Positions 53,068 to 62,366 of a stretch of 64,000 nt of DNA are shown one piece after another. The translations under genes were made by a program, and so were the position numbers. A model generated the notes under the pieces. That model was not told where the DNA came from. It was given only the letters and a program-made list of their open reading frames with translations, and did not search any database. The stretch's first letter is position 1. The number at the start of each line of letters is the position of its first letter. Origin of the DNA: a virus. The stretch lies in the IMG/VR virus record IMGVR_UViG_3300045988_140747. One strand, written 5' to 3'.

Positions 53068-53370
53068 ATGAAAATTGTAGAGTTGACTACCATCGAGAGC
53101 GAAACTGTAGAGCGTGCTTTTTATGAGGCACAGTCGTATGAGTCGCTCATGGCGGTTCTCAGCCGACAGCTGAATGCCAATGCGAATCCTGAAACTGCCA
53201 AGATCCTTATGCATTATGCAGAGCTGTGCAGAGCTGCACAAATGAAGCTTAAAATGGCACAGGATACCGTCGTTTCGCGGTATATCGACCTGAACGATCC
53301 GCGATATGTCCGATACCAATTCGATTTCGGCAGGGAGGAGGTCCATCTCCTTGAAAAACAAGAGATTTGA
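53068..53370 (+). CDS. hypothetical small helical protein of the CXXX/rSAM cluster
   Basis: 100 aa, RBS AAAAGGGGAAG. No family recognised. Confidence 0.6.
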   Translation: MKIVELTTIESETVERAFYEAQSYESLMAVLSRQLNANANPETAKILMHYAELCRAAQMKLKMAQDTVVSRYIDLNDPRYVRYQFDFGREEVHLLEKQEI

Positions 53371-54700
53371 GGACTACGGAAATACAGTCCAAAGACTGTA
53401 CTGCCGAGACCTTCCTGAAACCAGCAGTGCATGCCGCAATATCACATTTCAGGTTACGAACGGCTGCAATCTTCGGTGTTCTTATTGCTATGAGCATCAC
53501 AAGGGATCGGAGCATATGAGCGTCGAGACCGGCAGAAAAATTGTTGATTACTTGCTTGACCAGTACGAACGCAACGATTCGGACTTCATCAACTGGAATA
53601 CACGGGCTGTCGTTCTCGACTTTATCGGCGGAGAACCGCTGCTTGAGGCCACTTTGATTGAACAGATCTGTGATTACTGGTTTTCAGAATGCTTCCGTCG
53701 CGACATTCCACTGGCTCCGTTCACAAGGATCTCTTTTGCTACGAATGGTCAACTCTGGTTTAGCTCTGAAGCGCAGCATTTGATTGAAAAGTATCACGAC
53801 CTCATGTCAATCACAGTTAGCATTGACGGTGTTCAGGATCTTCACGATATGTACCGCCTCGATGAACACGGTAACGGGAGCTTTTCAAAAGCATGGGTCG
53901 CATTTCAAGATGGAAAGCGCCGCTTTGGATGGGCCAACAGCAAAATGACTTTTGTTCCCGGGTCATTCCCGTACATTTCCGATAGTCTCAAGATGATGTT
54001 AGATGAAGGATGCTCTGATGTCGCTTGTAACTACGCATATGAACCTGTGTATACGCCTGCAGATGGACGGTCTCTGTATGAGCAGCTGAAGATTGTGTCC
54101 GACTACATTGTAGACAACAAACTGGATGTTGTTGTCACGATTCTCGATAGTCTGCTCGGCGGAAAAGCTAAAGACGACAAGAATTTCTGCGGTGGCACAG
54201 GCGCTATGTTATCGTTTGCGCCGGATGGGAGCGCCTATCCATGTATTCGATATGCTCCTATTAGCATTGGTGTGGAAAAAGCCAAGAAAGTCCGCTTTGG
54301 AAGCGTCTACGATGGACTATATGTCACTGATGAGCAAAAACGTGTAAAAGCGGATCTTGACGCAATTACTCGTACAACACAGTCTCCAAAAGAATGCTTG
54401 GAATGCCCTGTGTCTGCAGGGTGCGGCTGGTGTTCTGGCATGAATTATGAGGTGTTCGGTACAGCCAATAAGCGTACCACCTCTATTTGCTGGGCACACA
54501 AGGCCCGTGTCCTTGCAAGTGCCTATTATTACAATCACCGGTATGTTGAGATCGGCGATTGCCTGCCAATCAAGGTCGAACTGCCTGAAACCGATGCGCT
54601 GAAGATCCTCTCCAAGCAAGAGTATTCTAAGTTTCAGAACTTAGAAAAAAAGGCGCTGCTGAAATTTGCTGATGCAGCAGGAATTAGAAGAAAGGAGTGA
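53351..54700 (+). CDS. radical SAM / SPASM-domain enzyme (peptide/protein maturase-like)
   Basis: TTG 53351, 9 nt after GGAGGAGG (alt. ATG 53306). CNLRCSYC cluster, GGEPLL, ATNG. C-terminal FCGG...YPCIRY...CLECPVSAGCGWC...SICW is a SPASM-type auxiliary-cluster Cys pattern. Confidence 0.85.
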   Translation: MKNKRFEDYGNTVQRLYCRDLPETSSACRNITFQVTNGCNLRCSYCYEHHKGSEHMSVETGRKIVDYLLDQYERNDSDFINWNTRAVVLDFIGGEPLLEATLIEQICDYWFSECFRRDIPLAPFTRISFATNGQLWFSSEAQHLIEKYHDLMSITVSIDGVQDLHDMYRLDEHGNGSFSKAWVAFQDGKRRFGWANSKMTFVPGSFPYISDSLKMMLDEGCSDVACNYAYEPVYTPADGRSLYEQLKIVSDYIVDNKLDVVVTILDSLLGGKAKDDKNFCGGTGAMLSFAPDGSAYPCIRYAPISIGVEKAKKVRFGSVYDGLYVTDEQKRVKADLDAITRTTQSPKECLECPVSAGCGWCSGMNYEVFGTANKRTTSICWAHKARVLASAYYYNHRYVEIGDCLPIKVELPETDALKILSKQEYSKFQNLEKKALLKFADAAGIRRKE

Positions 54701-54704
54701 AAAA

Positions 54705-56309
54705 ATGGCTGTTTTAATTGCAGAAACCAAGCTCGAAACAATTGATACAGCATGGTACCACTTCTACATTGACAAAGTTGCCGATATAGAGTCACTTCCC
54801 ACTAGTTGTTCGATTGGCATTGCCTTTTCTGTAAAAAAATATGCTCGGCCAACCAGCGTTGCCTACTGCATAGAAGACGCGCATGTATATATGCTCGACA
54901 GCCATGACAAGTGGCGTCCCATGTACGGCTTCTCTGATGATGTTCTTGACGCCCTTGATGTCAAAACAAGTGATTTCTTCAAGATCTGCTCCGAGACAAA
55001 GAACTATAGGGATGAAGCAGTTTCAAATGCTAATTCCTCCGCTAAAAGTGCAGCTGCTGCTCTCGCAAGTCAAAATGCCGCCAAGAACAGCGAGACAAAA
55101 TCTGCTGCAAGTGAAGCCGTAGCAAAAAGAAGTGAGCAAAGTGCAGCAGCTGCAGCTGCAGCTGCAAGCAGCAGTAAAACTTCTGCCGCTGCAAGTGAGG
55201 CAACAGTCAAAGCATCTGCAACTGCTGCCGCTGAATCTCAGGCTAAAGCCGCCGAATCAGAGAAAAATGCAAAGGCTAGCGAGACTTTAGCTGGTACAAG
55301 CGCCACAAACGCATCCACGTCCGCAAAAAATGCAGCCTCTTCCGCCACTACAGCAACTGACGCCGCTACGACAGCTTCCGAAAAGGCTACTGCCGCTAGC
55401 TCTAGTGCCACCAATGCAGCTGCAAGCGCAAAAACTGCAGAAAAAAGCGAAGCAAACGCTAAAATTTATGCTGAGAAAGCTCAACTTATCGGCGACAGTT
55501 ACAAAGGCTGGTACCAAACAGAAAAAGAACTGGCCGCAGATCTGACAGAAGCAAAAAACGGTGACTGGGCGATCGTCGGCGAGTCTGACACCATGTGGGT
55601 GTGGGATGGCGACACCGGCGCGTGGGTCAATACCCGCAAAGAGGTGGACCTGTCGGACTACATGACGCAGGACCAGATCATGAAGCTGCTTGAGCAGTAC
55701 ATGCCACTTCGCCCCGCCACCGCAACCACACTGGGCGGAATTAAGGTCGGCAGTGGACTTTCTGTGACCGAAGATGGAATGCTGAGCGCCGATGCTCAGG
55801 AATACACCCTCCCCGCCGCCACCGCAACCACGCTGGGCGGTGTGAAGGTTGGCAGCGGTCTGACGGTCGATGCGGACGGAACACTTTCTGCGGACAGCGC
55901 TTTGGCTGCCTACCCCGTTGGCAGTATTTTTCAAACAGTCAGCACTACCAGTCCCGCCGAACTGTTCGGCGGTACATGGCAGGAGATTGCATTTAACCGC
56001 GTGCTGATGGGTGCTGGCACAGGCTACACAGCGGGAAGCACGGTGGAGGCCGGACTGCCGAACATCACGGGCAGCTTAATAGAAACAAACGCAGAATCCT
56101 CCCCATTCCGTGGTTCAAAAGCGTCTTTGAAATCATCGGGAGCTTTAAAATTCGTAGAAATCAATACTTCTTGGGGTGGCTACAGTGGTATGTCAGGTTC
56201 GACGTATGATGTTTACTTTGATGCTTCCCGCTCGAACTCAATCTACGGTCGCAGCTATACCGTGCAGCCCGCCGCCTACTATGTGCACATCTGGAAGCGC
56301 GTGGCATGA
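54705..56309 (+). CDS. tail fibre protein 2
   Basis: ATG 54705 after GAAAGGAG. Long Ala/Ser/Thr-rich helical repeat region, duplicated TLGG(I/V)KVGSGL motif, C-terminal YPVGSIFQT...GGTWQEI collar-like domain. Confidence 0.75.
   Translation: MAVLIAETKLETIDTAWYHFYIDKVADIESLPTSCSIGIAFSVKKYARPTSVAYCIEDAHVYMLDSHDKWRPMYGFSDDVLDALDVKTSDFFKICSETKNYRDEAVSNANSSAKSAAAALASQNAAKNSETKSAASEAVAKRSEQSAAAAAAAASSSKTSAAASEATVKASATAAAESQAKAAESEKNAKASETLAGTSATNASTSAKNAASSATTATDAATTASEKATAASSSATNAAASAKTAEKSEANAKIYAEKAQLIGDSYKGWYQTEKELAADLTEAKNGDWAIVGESDTMWVWDGDTGAWVNTRKEVDLSDYMTQDQIMKLLEQYMPLRPATATTLGGIKVGSGLSVTEDGMLSADAQEYTLPAATATTLGGVKVGSGLTVDADGTLSADSALAAYPVGSIFQTVSTTSPAELFGGTWQEIAFNRVLMGAGTGYTAGSTVEAGLPNITGSLIETNAESSPFRGSKASLKSSGALKFVEINTSWGGYSGMSGSTYDVYFDASRSNSIYGRSYTVQPAAYYVHIWKRVA
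55716..55895 (+). repeat. two 78-nt copies (period 102 nt) encoding ATATTLGG(I/V)KVGSGL(S/T)V..DG.LSAD
   Basis: Copies at 55716-55793 and 55818-55895, aligned by eye. Confidence 0.8.
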
Positions 56310-56327
56310 GAAAGGAGGTTTTGATCG

Positions 56328-56630
56328 ATGATCCCTGTGACATTTGATACTGTGGCAACATTGCAGTTTGGCAGTGAGGGTCACCCGACCAGTCTGCACT
56401 TTGCCATCCCGGAAGAGTGGAAAACCTGCAAAATCAGACTCCACCTGCGGCGCAGCGACGGTAGCTTTGTGCCCCCGATGCAGCTGGACGAAAATGGGTG
56501 CGTAAAAGTAGACCGCAGTGACTCCGGCAAGACCGGCGGACAGTGGATGCTGTCGGCTGAAAGTCCTGACGGAAAAGTATCTTACTCGCGAATCGGCAAA
56601 TATGTGACCCCCATGGAGGTGACACAATGA
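56328..56630 (+). CDS. hypothetical tail-fibre-associated protein
   Basis: 100 aa, RBS GAAAGGAGG. Confidence 0.55.
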   Translation: MIPVTFDTVATLQFGSEGHPTSLHFAIPEEWKTCKIRLHLRRSDGSFVPPMQLDENGCVKVDRSDSGKTGGQWMLSAESPDGKVSYSRIGKYVTPMEVTQ

Positions 56631-57349
56631 AGATCCTTGACGAGACCGGCGCGGTCGTGGAAAACCCCGACCTGACCCTTGGCTACCTGACCGACGACAC
56701 CGAAGAAGTTACCCACCCCGCCGTAGAGGGCGTGGAGGAGCAGTGGCACTGGGAGACCGTGACCGAGTATCCGAACGGCGGCAAGGATGTGCAGAAGGTC
56801 ATCGACGTGCCGGGCGTGCCTGCGCAGGCCGCATGGACCGAACAGGTGCCGGTGCAGAGATACATCCGTTACACGGAAGAAGAGCTGGCCGAAATAAAAG
56901 AATCTCTACGCACAGAAAAACTAAAAGAGGTTTCTGCTGATTGTGAAAAGGCAATTTACGCAGGTATCGATGTGATATTTGCAGATGAATCACAAAAACA
57001 TTTTAGTCTTCAACCCAATGACCAAACTAATATTGATAGTGTTTTTAATGCAATTGTATTGGGCGCAACAGAATACCCGTACCATGCCGATGGTGAGCCG
57101 TGTGTTATGTATAGTGCAGCTGACATTATGACTTTGTATGTGGCTTACAAAAGCTTTATCACCAGGCAGACCACGTATTGCAACTTTTTGCGTCAGTGGA
57201 TTAAGCGCGTTGACAACAAAGAAGCTCTGAACGCGATTGAGTACGGCGCAACTCTTCCGGATGATTTGGAGGCTGGCGTTGAAAAGATTCTGAGTGCAGC
57301 GGAGCAGCAGGTTCAGTCTATCATCGCAAAGCTTACAGAAGGTAATTGA
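56627..57349 (+). CDS. DUF4376-like tail-fibre-associated protein
   Basis: C-terminal FSLQPNDQTNIDSV...MYSAADIMTLYVAYKSFITRQTTYCNFLRQWI pattern. Sharp GC-to-AT composition change near nt 56885 inside the gene. Confidence 0.5.
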   Translation: MKILDETGAVVENPDLTLGYLTDDTEEVTHPAVEGVEEQWHWETVTEYPNGGKDVQKVIDVPGVPAQAAWTEQVPVQRYIRYTEEELAEIKESLRTEKLKEVSADCEKAIYAGIDVIFADESQKHFSLQPNDQTNIDSVFNAIVLGATEYPYHADGEPCVMYSAADIMTLYVAYKSFITRQTTYCNFLRQWIKRVDNKEALNAIEYGATLPDDLEAGVEKILSAAEQQVQSIIAKLTEGN

Positions 57350-57464
57350 TATGAGTGCATGGGTAAATGAGTCTCATGGTATTCGTCCAGCGTTTATTGT
57401 TACATACGATACAAAACTTAAAGTGGTGTAAGAATAAAATAAGCTAGAATCGATGTGATGAAAT

Positions 57465-57887
57465 TTGAATAGATTAAAAGAGATTTTGAAGTGTCTTGTT
57501 CTATTTTTAATTGGCGGAACTCTTTACTGCTGCCTCGAAGTTCTATGGCGCGGATATACCCACTGGACGATGGCTGTTGTGGGCGGTTGCTGCTTTATTG
57601 TTATCGGTGGATTAAATAACTATATTCCTTGGGAAATGAAAATCTGGAAGCAAGGAGTTGTTGGCGCGGTATTCGTTACCGCGATGGAACTTGTTGTTGG
57701 CGTTCCTCTCAACCTGTTCATGGGCTTAAATATCTGGGATTACTCTCAGGTGCCTTTTAACTTTCTTGGACAGATTTGTTTGCCGTTTACTGTTCTTTGG
57801 TTCTTTCTGTCAATTCTGTGCATTTTTGTTGATGACTGGCTACGTCATATTTTGTTCAAAGAAGAAAAGCCTAAATATTATTGGTAA
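57465..57887 (+). CDS. small polytopic membrane protein (ABC-transporter type IV-like/DUF1113-like)
   Basis: TTG start. Four hydrophobic segments. LIGGTLYCCLEVLWRGYTHW motif. Confidence 0.5.
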   Translation: MNRLKEILKCLVLFLIGGTLYCCLEVLWRGYTHWTMAVVGGCCFIVIGGLNNYIPWEMKIWKQGVVGAVFVTAMELVVGVPLNLFMGLNIWDYSQVPFNFLGQICLPFTVLWFFLSILCIFVDDWLRHILFKEEKPKYYW

Positions 57888-58098
57888 AGGTGGTGAGAAA
57901 AATGAGTTGATATATTGAAGTTGGCTGGACGACTAGTGACAACAGTAGATTTCCCGAGGATAGCGTTCTGCTGGCGTACTTTGGCAACAGCTCCGGCGGT
58001 AACAGCAAGCGTATCGCATACAACGGCGGCAGCGCTGCAGGCCGCTCTGGCCGACGATGAAACAACTGAAACTGCATGAGCAGAAAGGAAGGAATACT

Positions 58099-58215
58099 AT
58101 GGAATTTTATAACGCCTGTAATCTCATGATCGAGCGCGGCCAGACCGCGGGCATGGCAAAGAAGCTGGACATCTTATACGCCGCCGTCAAGCTGACCGAA
58201 AAGACCAGCGCCTGA
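58099..58215 (+). CDS. 38-aa XkdX-like small protein
   Basis: ATG 58099 after AGAAAGGAAGG. MEFYNACNLMIERGQTAGMAKKLDILYAAVKLTEKTSA. Below the ORF-track cutoff. Confidence 0.4.
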   Translation: MEFYNACNLMIERGQTAGMAKKLDILYAAVKLTEKTSA

Positions 58216-58253
58216 CCGGGCCGGAAAAGGACGCACCAAGGAGGTGTTGCTTT

Positions 58254-61169
58254 ATGATCGAGTTCCCCATCACGCTGACATCCGGCGGCAGCGTATGCAT
58301 GCCCGGGTACGTATTTGCGCTGGCCCTCGGCTACACCAAGAACCTGGGCGTGTACCGCCTGCACGTCGATGCAACCGGCGAGTGGGAAGGGCTGACTATC
58401 CGCTGCTTCTGGCACGTGCCGGACGGCAAAGATCCGTCATCCTCGTTGGTGGTGGACGGCTATGTGGACGTGCCCGCCAGCGTGACCGCACAGCCCGGGA
58501 GCGGGTGCATCACCTTTGAGGGCAGCGATGACACCAAGAACATCACCAGCGCAGACCTGCACTACCGTGTAAGTGCCAACTCAGGCACAGAGGATGGCAC
58601 AGAGCCGGAACCGGGCACCCCTGCATGGCAGCAGCTGGTGGATGCCGTGCACACTGACGCCACCGCCGCAGAGCAGGCCAAGACCGATGCACAGACGGCA
58701 GCACAGCAGGCCGGGGCATCTGCCCAAAAGGCTGGGAATGCCCTTTCTGACACCATTACCGCCAAAGAGGATGCTCTGAAAGCCACCAAAGACGCACAGA
58801 CCGCTGCTAGTGAAGCCAGTGCATCAGCCGAAAATGCTGCGCTTGCACAAGTTACAGCATCTCAACTTGCAGGACAGGCAGCGGGCAGTGCGTCTGAAGC
58901 TCAAAACAGTGCCACTAAGGCTGCTGCGAGTCAACAGACCGCCGAAAGCAATGCAGCAGCTGCACAAGGGAGCGCCACAAAGGCCGAGGCATCAGCTTCT
59001 ACAGCTGTTCAGGGACAACAGCGTGCGGAGGCGGCAGCAGCCCGTGCCGAAACCGCACAGCAGCAGACTGAAAGTGCCAGCACTGACGCGCTGGATAAAA
59101 TCAGCTCTGCAAAAACTGATGCACTGAAAGCCATCGGTAACAAGCAGACTTCTGCCACCACTGCAGTAGAAAGCGCTCAGGGAAAAGCTCTTGACGCTGT
59201 GGCTGATGCCAAGAACACCGCCGTAACAGCCGTGACCGATGCTCAGACCGCCGCCACACAGGCAGTGGGCACTGTCCAAGCTAATGCCATTCAGCAGATG
59301 AAATCCACAAAAACAGACGCTCTGAAAGCCATCGGTGACAAGCAGACCGCCGCCACGCAGGCTGTGGACACGGCCCGGGACAAGGCCCTCCAGCAGGTGG
59401 GAGCCTCTACAGAAGCCGCACAGACCGCAGCCAATAAAGCCGCCACCAGTGCGGGCAATGCAGACCAGAGCGCTCAGAAGGCCGCTGGCAGTCTGCAGGA
59501 GCTCAAGAACGGCATCGCAAGCGGTGACTTCAAAGGCGAGCCCGGCAACGACGGGAAATCTCCAGTTGTAACTGTACTTGGCATCGAAAATGGCCATCGT
59601 GTTAGCATCACTGACAAAGACGGTACCAAAACAATTGATGTCTTGAATGGCAAAGACGGCAAAGATGCTCCACAAATTGATGACACCACTGTGGGGCTTG
59701 ACGCATGGAGCAGCAAGCACATCGTGGATATGCTCTGTCCGCCGCTTGAGGAGACCGGGAACCCGGTGCAGTGTTATCCTGTGGCGGAATATCCGCTGGG
59801 CTGTAAGGTGAGCTGGGAACCCGTGCAGGAAGGCAGTGGAACACCGTATCCGGCAGGTGGCGGAAAAAACCTGTTTAATCCTGCATGGATGCCAGAAAAA
59901 ACCTTGAACAATGGATTAACATGGACAACGACCTCCGATGGCACTGTAACAGCAAACGGAACGGCAAATGGGACTTCATACTACAATTCTGATTATTTTT
60001 CGCTCCCTGCGGGCACATACACGATTAGCGCAATGCCGTATTCCCGTATGTCAATTCTCAATAGGGATGTAGGCGATACTACAGTTGCTGCCCAACAGGT
60101 TGGGCAGCCGTGTACATTTACGGTAGAGACTGACATACAAAATGCCTCCTTGTTTTTTGCCACCTCTGGCATACTGGATAATGTTTCGGCAAAACCGCAG
60201 ATAGAGAAAGGCACGACTGCAACAGCCTATGCACCCTACGAAAACATTCGCTCGATTAAGGGCAAGGGCAGCGTGACGGTCGAGCGGTGCGGGGGAAATC
60301 TGCTGAATCCAAAAGAGAACGCCAATGATACATATACTCCGTATGGCCTAACGATAACTTATATTGGGGATAACAAGGTTCATTTAAGTGGAACTTACCA
60401 AGAAAACGGCGGCAGCTTTGCCATCCTTGACACTCAGCAAAAACTTCTTGCGGGAAAAGGGCTGAAAATCACCGGATTTACGGTAGCCGGAACAAAACAA
60501 AGCTACACTCTTTACGGACTACGGACAAAAAACGAAACCGTTATTGCTATGAGTGCACAGTTTGCAAAAGGCGATGTTATTGATATGACTGTCGCTGTTG
60601 TCGTGTCAGGCACCACCGCCCCTACCACTTACGCCCCTTACACCGGCCAAACCGCCACCCTCACTCTGCCCCGCACCATCTACGGCGGCACGGTGGATGC
60701 AGTGACAGGAGAGGGAAACGAAAACGCAAAGATTATCACGCTGGACGGCAACGAACTGAAATTTGTCAAAGCCAACATCTATATCAACCTCCCGAATCAT
60801 TCTGCACCGGGGATTTCAAAAGGTGGAATTGTTTGTTGTAGTCACTTTAACAAAAGGCTTTTTGCCGTGAATACGACTTACGAGTTTTGTTTTTTGTTAG
60901 AGTCTGATATGACTAGTCTTTTTGCCAGTGTTGACGACCTGAATGCCTACCTTGCTGCCCAGTACGCAGCCGGAACTCCCGTGCAAATCGCTTACAAGCT
61001 GGCAGAGCCTATGCCCTTCACTGCACCTGGTGCACAGCCCATCCCCGCTCTGAGCGGCGTGAACACAGTCCTGACCGATGCAGACAGTGCAACCGTTACC
61101 GGCAAGGCTGACCCCATCAAACGCATTACTGACCTTGAGGACGCAGTAGCGTCCATGACAACGACCTAA
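58254..61169 (+). CDS. tail fibre / receptor-binding protein 3 (971 aa)
   Basis: RBS CAAGGAGG. About 330-aa Ala/Gln/Thr-rich helical repeat region, GDFKGEPGNDGKSP collagen-like turn, beta-rich C-terminal half. Confidence 0.75.
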   Translation: MIEFPITLTSGGSVCMPGYVFALALGYTKNLGVYRLHVDATGEWEGLTIRCFWHVPDGKDPSSSLVVDGYVDVPASVTAQPGSGCITFEGSDDTKNITSADLHYRVSANSGTEDGTEPEPGTPAWQQLVDAVHTDATAAEQAKTDAQTAAQQAGASAQKAGNALSDTITAKEDALKATKDAQTAASEASASAENAALAQVTASQLAGQAAGSASEAQNSATKAAASQQTAESNAAAAQGSATKAEASASTAVQGQQRAEAAAARAETAQQQTESASTDALDKISSAKTDALKAIGNKQTSATTAVESAQGKALDAVADAKNTAVTAVTDAQTAATQAVGTVQANAIQQMKSTKTDALKAIGDKQTAATQAVDTARDKALQQVGASTEAAQTAANKAATSAGNADQSAQKAAGSLQELKNGIASGDFKGEPGNDGKSPVVTVLGIENGHRVSITDKDGTKTIDVLNGKDGKDAPQIDDTTVGLDAWSSKHIVDMLCPPLEETGNPVQCYPVAEYPLGCKVSWEPVQEGSGTPYPAGGGKNLFNPAWMPEKTLNNGLTWTTTSDGTVTANGTANGTSYYNSDYFSLPAGTYTISAMPYSRMSILNRDVGDTTVAAQQVGQPCTFTVETDIQNASLFFATSGILDNVSAKPQIEKGTTATAYAPYENIRSIKGKGSVTVERCGGNLLNPKENANDTYTPYGLTITYIGDNKVHLSGTYQENGGSFAILDTQQKLLAGKGLKITGFTVAGTKQSYTLYGLRTKNETVIAMSAQFAKGDVIDMTVAVVVSGTTAPTTYAPYTGQTATLTLPRTIYGGTVDAVTGEGNENAKIITLDGNELKFVKANIYINLPNHSAPGISKGGIVCCSHFNKRLFAVNTTYEFCFLLESDMTSLFASVDDLNAYLAAQYAAGTPVQIAYKLAEPMPFTAPGAQPIPALSGVNTVLTDADSATVTGKADPIKRITDLEDAVASMTTT
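59112..59399 (+). repeat. internal ~90-nt duplication (period ~198 nt): KTDALKAIG(N/D)KQT.AT.AV..A..KAL
   Basis: Copies about 59112-59201 and 59310-59399, aligned by eye. Coordinates approximate. Confidence 0.6.
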
Positions 61170-61182
61170 AGGAGGACTGACT

Positions 61183-61401
61183 ATGGCTATCAAAAGCAAA
61201 GCCCGCCATGACCTGACCCTGCGCTCCATCAAGCGGGAGATTTCCGCAGGACGTGACGTGGCATACTGGCTGGACAAAGCGTACACCCATCTGGACAGCG
61301 GATTGTTGGACGCCGACGACGTCGCAGAGGTGGAAGCCCTTGCACAGGCGTACTACGATGCACTGGATGCGGCGGACGCTGAGGAAATCACGCAGGAGTA
61401 A
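61183..61401 (+). CDS. hypothetical acidic protein
   Basis: 72 aa, RBS TAAAGGAGG. Confidence 0.55.
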   Translation: MAIKSKARHDLTLRSIKREISAGRDVAYWLDKAYTHLDSGLLDADDVAEVEALAQAYYDALDAADAEEITQE

Positions 61402-61892
61402 AAAATCAGCAGATTGGAAGCAGATTGCTCTTTTATACCTTATTATAATAGGACAGTCCGCAAAATGTCCGTCGGACAATCCAACGGACATTCCGAAACG
61501 GTATTTAAAAATTTGTCGAAAAATTGCCGTGATTTGTTGCGCTCTCAAAAAAATCGGTCAAATTTTGCTGCCCAGAAGCGCAATATATGTGTCATTTTCT
61601 GACAATGAACACAATATTTGCACTATTATGGACAGTACTGTGGATTTTCCGCGTGACAATCCACAGCAAATCCAGACATATACCGTAACCGTAACCATAT
61701 AGTTATATATTATATATATTTTATGATTATATATTAAGCTTAGAGTATTAAATATATTATTAGATGGATGTATAGTATAACTATATGGATGGCATCTGTT
61801 GATGAACCTTGGCGGGCTGATTTTATCGGCCTTTTTATTTTGCAAAAAATCAGCTAGTGTCTTACGGCTGACCGGATTGGAGGTGAATCGAA

Positions 61893-62351
61893 ATGAGCCT
61901 GAAAGCCATCTGGGAAGCATGGGGACCAGCTATGGTCACGCCTGCCGTCATTGTTCTGCTGTCTCTTGTGGAGATTGCTCCCATCAAACTCAACCCGTGG
62001 TCAGCTATTATTGGATTTTTAAGCAAAAACCTAAACGCCGATGTAACGCAGCGGCTTTCTGTTTTGCAGCAGCGGTTGGAGGAAATGCAAAAGAAGCTGG
62101 ACGAACATGTTGTTACCGATGATGACCGAGAAGCTAGATCGTGGAGAACGCAAATTTTGCGTTTCAACGATGAACTGATACACGGGGTTCGTCACACAAA
62201 AGAGCACTTTGACGAAATGCTCGACATCGTGCATGACTATGAGAACTACTGCCAAAAGCACAAGAATTTCCCGAATGGAAAGTGCGTCCATGCCATCGAC
62301 AACATCAACCGCGTGTACGACGAGCTGCTGGAAAGCCATGATTTTCTATGA
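61893..62351 (+). CDS. membrane-anchored coiled-coil protein of the lysis module
   Basis: RBS TTGGAGGTG. N-terminal TM (AMVTPAVIVLLSLVEIAPI), then a helical domain. Directly precedes the endolysin. Function not recognised. Confidence 0.55.
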   Translation: MSLKAIWEAWGPAMVTPAVIVLLSLVEIAPIKLNPWSAIIGFLSKNLNADVTQRLSVLQQRLEEMQKKLDEHVVTDDDREARSWRTQILRFNDELIHGVRHTKEHFDEMLDIVHDYENYCQKHKNFPNGKCVHAIDNINRVYDELLESHDFL

Positions 62352-62366
62352 AAGGAGATGGTGCCG

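Noticed and set aside
55020-59500. Ala/Ser/Thr/Gln-rich repetitive DNA in the fibre genes as CRISPR, collagen or DGR template/variable repeats
   Set aside because: No spacer-repeat regularity and no Gly-X-Y run beyond one short GEPGNDGKS turn. No reverse transcriptase and no near-identical TR/VR pair in the window. Consistent with the helical coiled-coil shafts of tail fibres.
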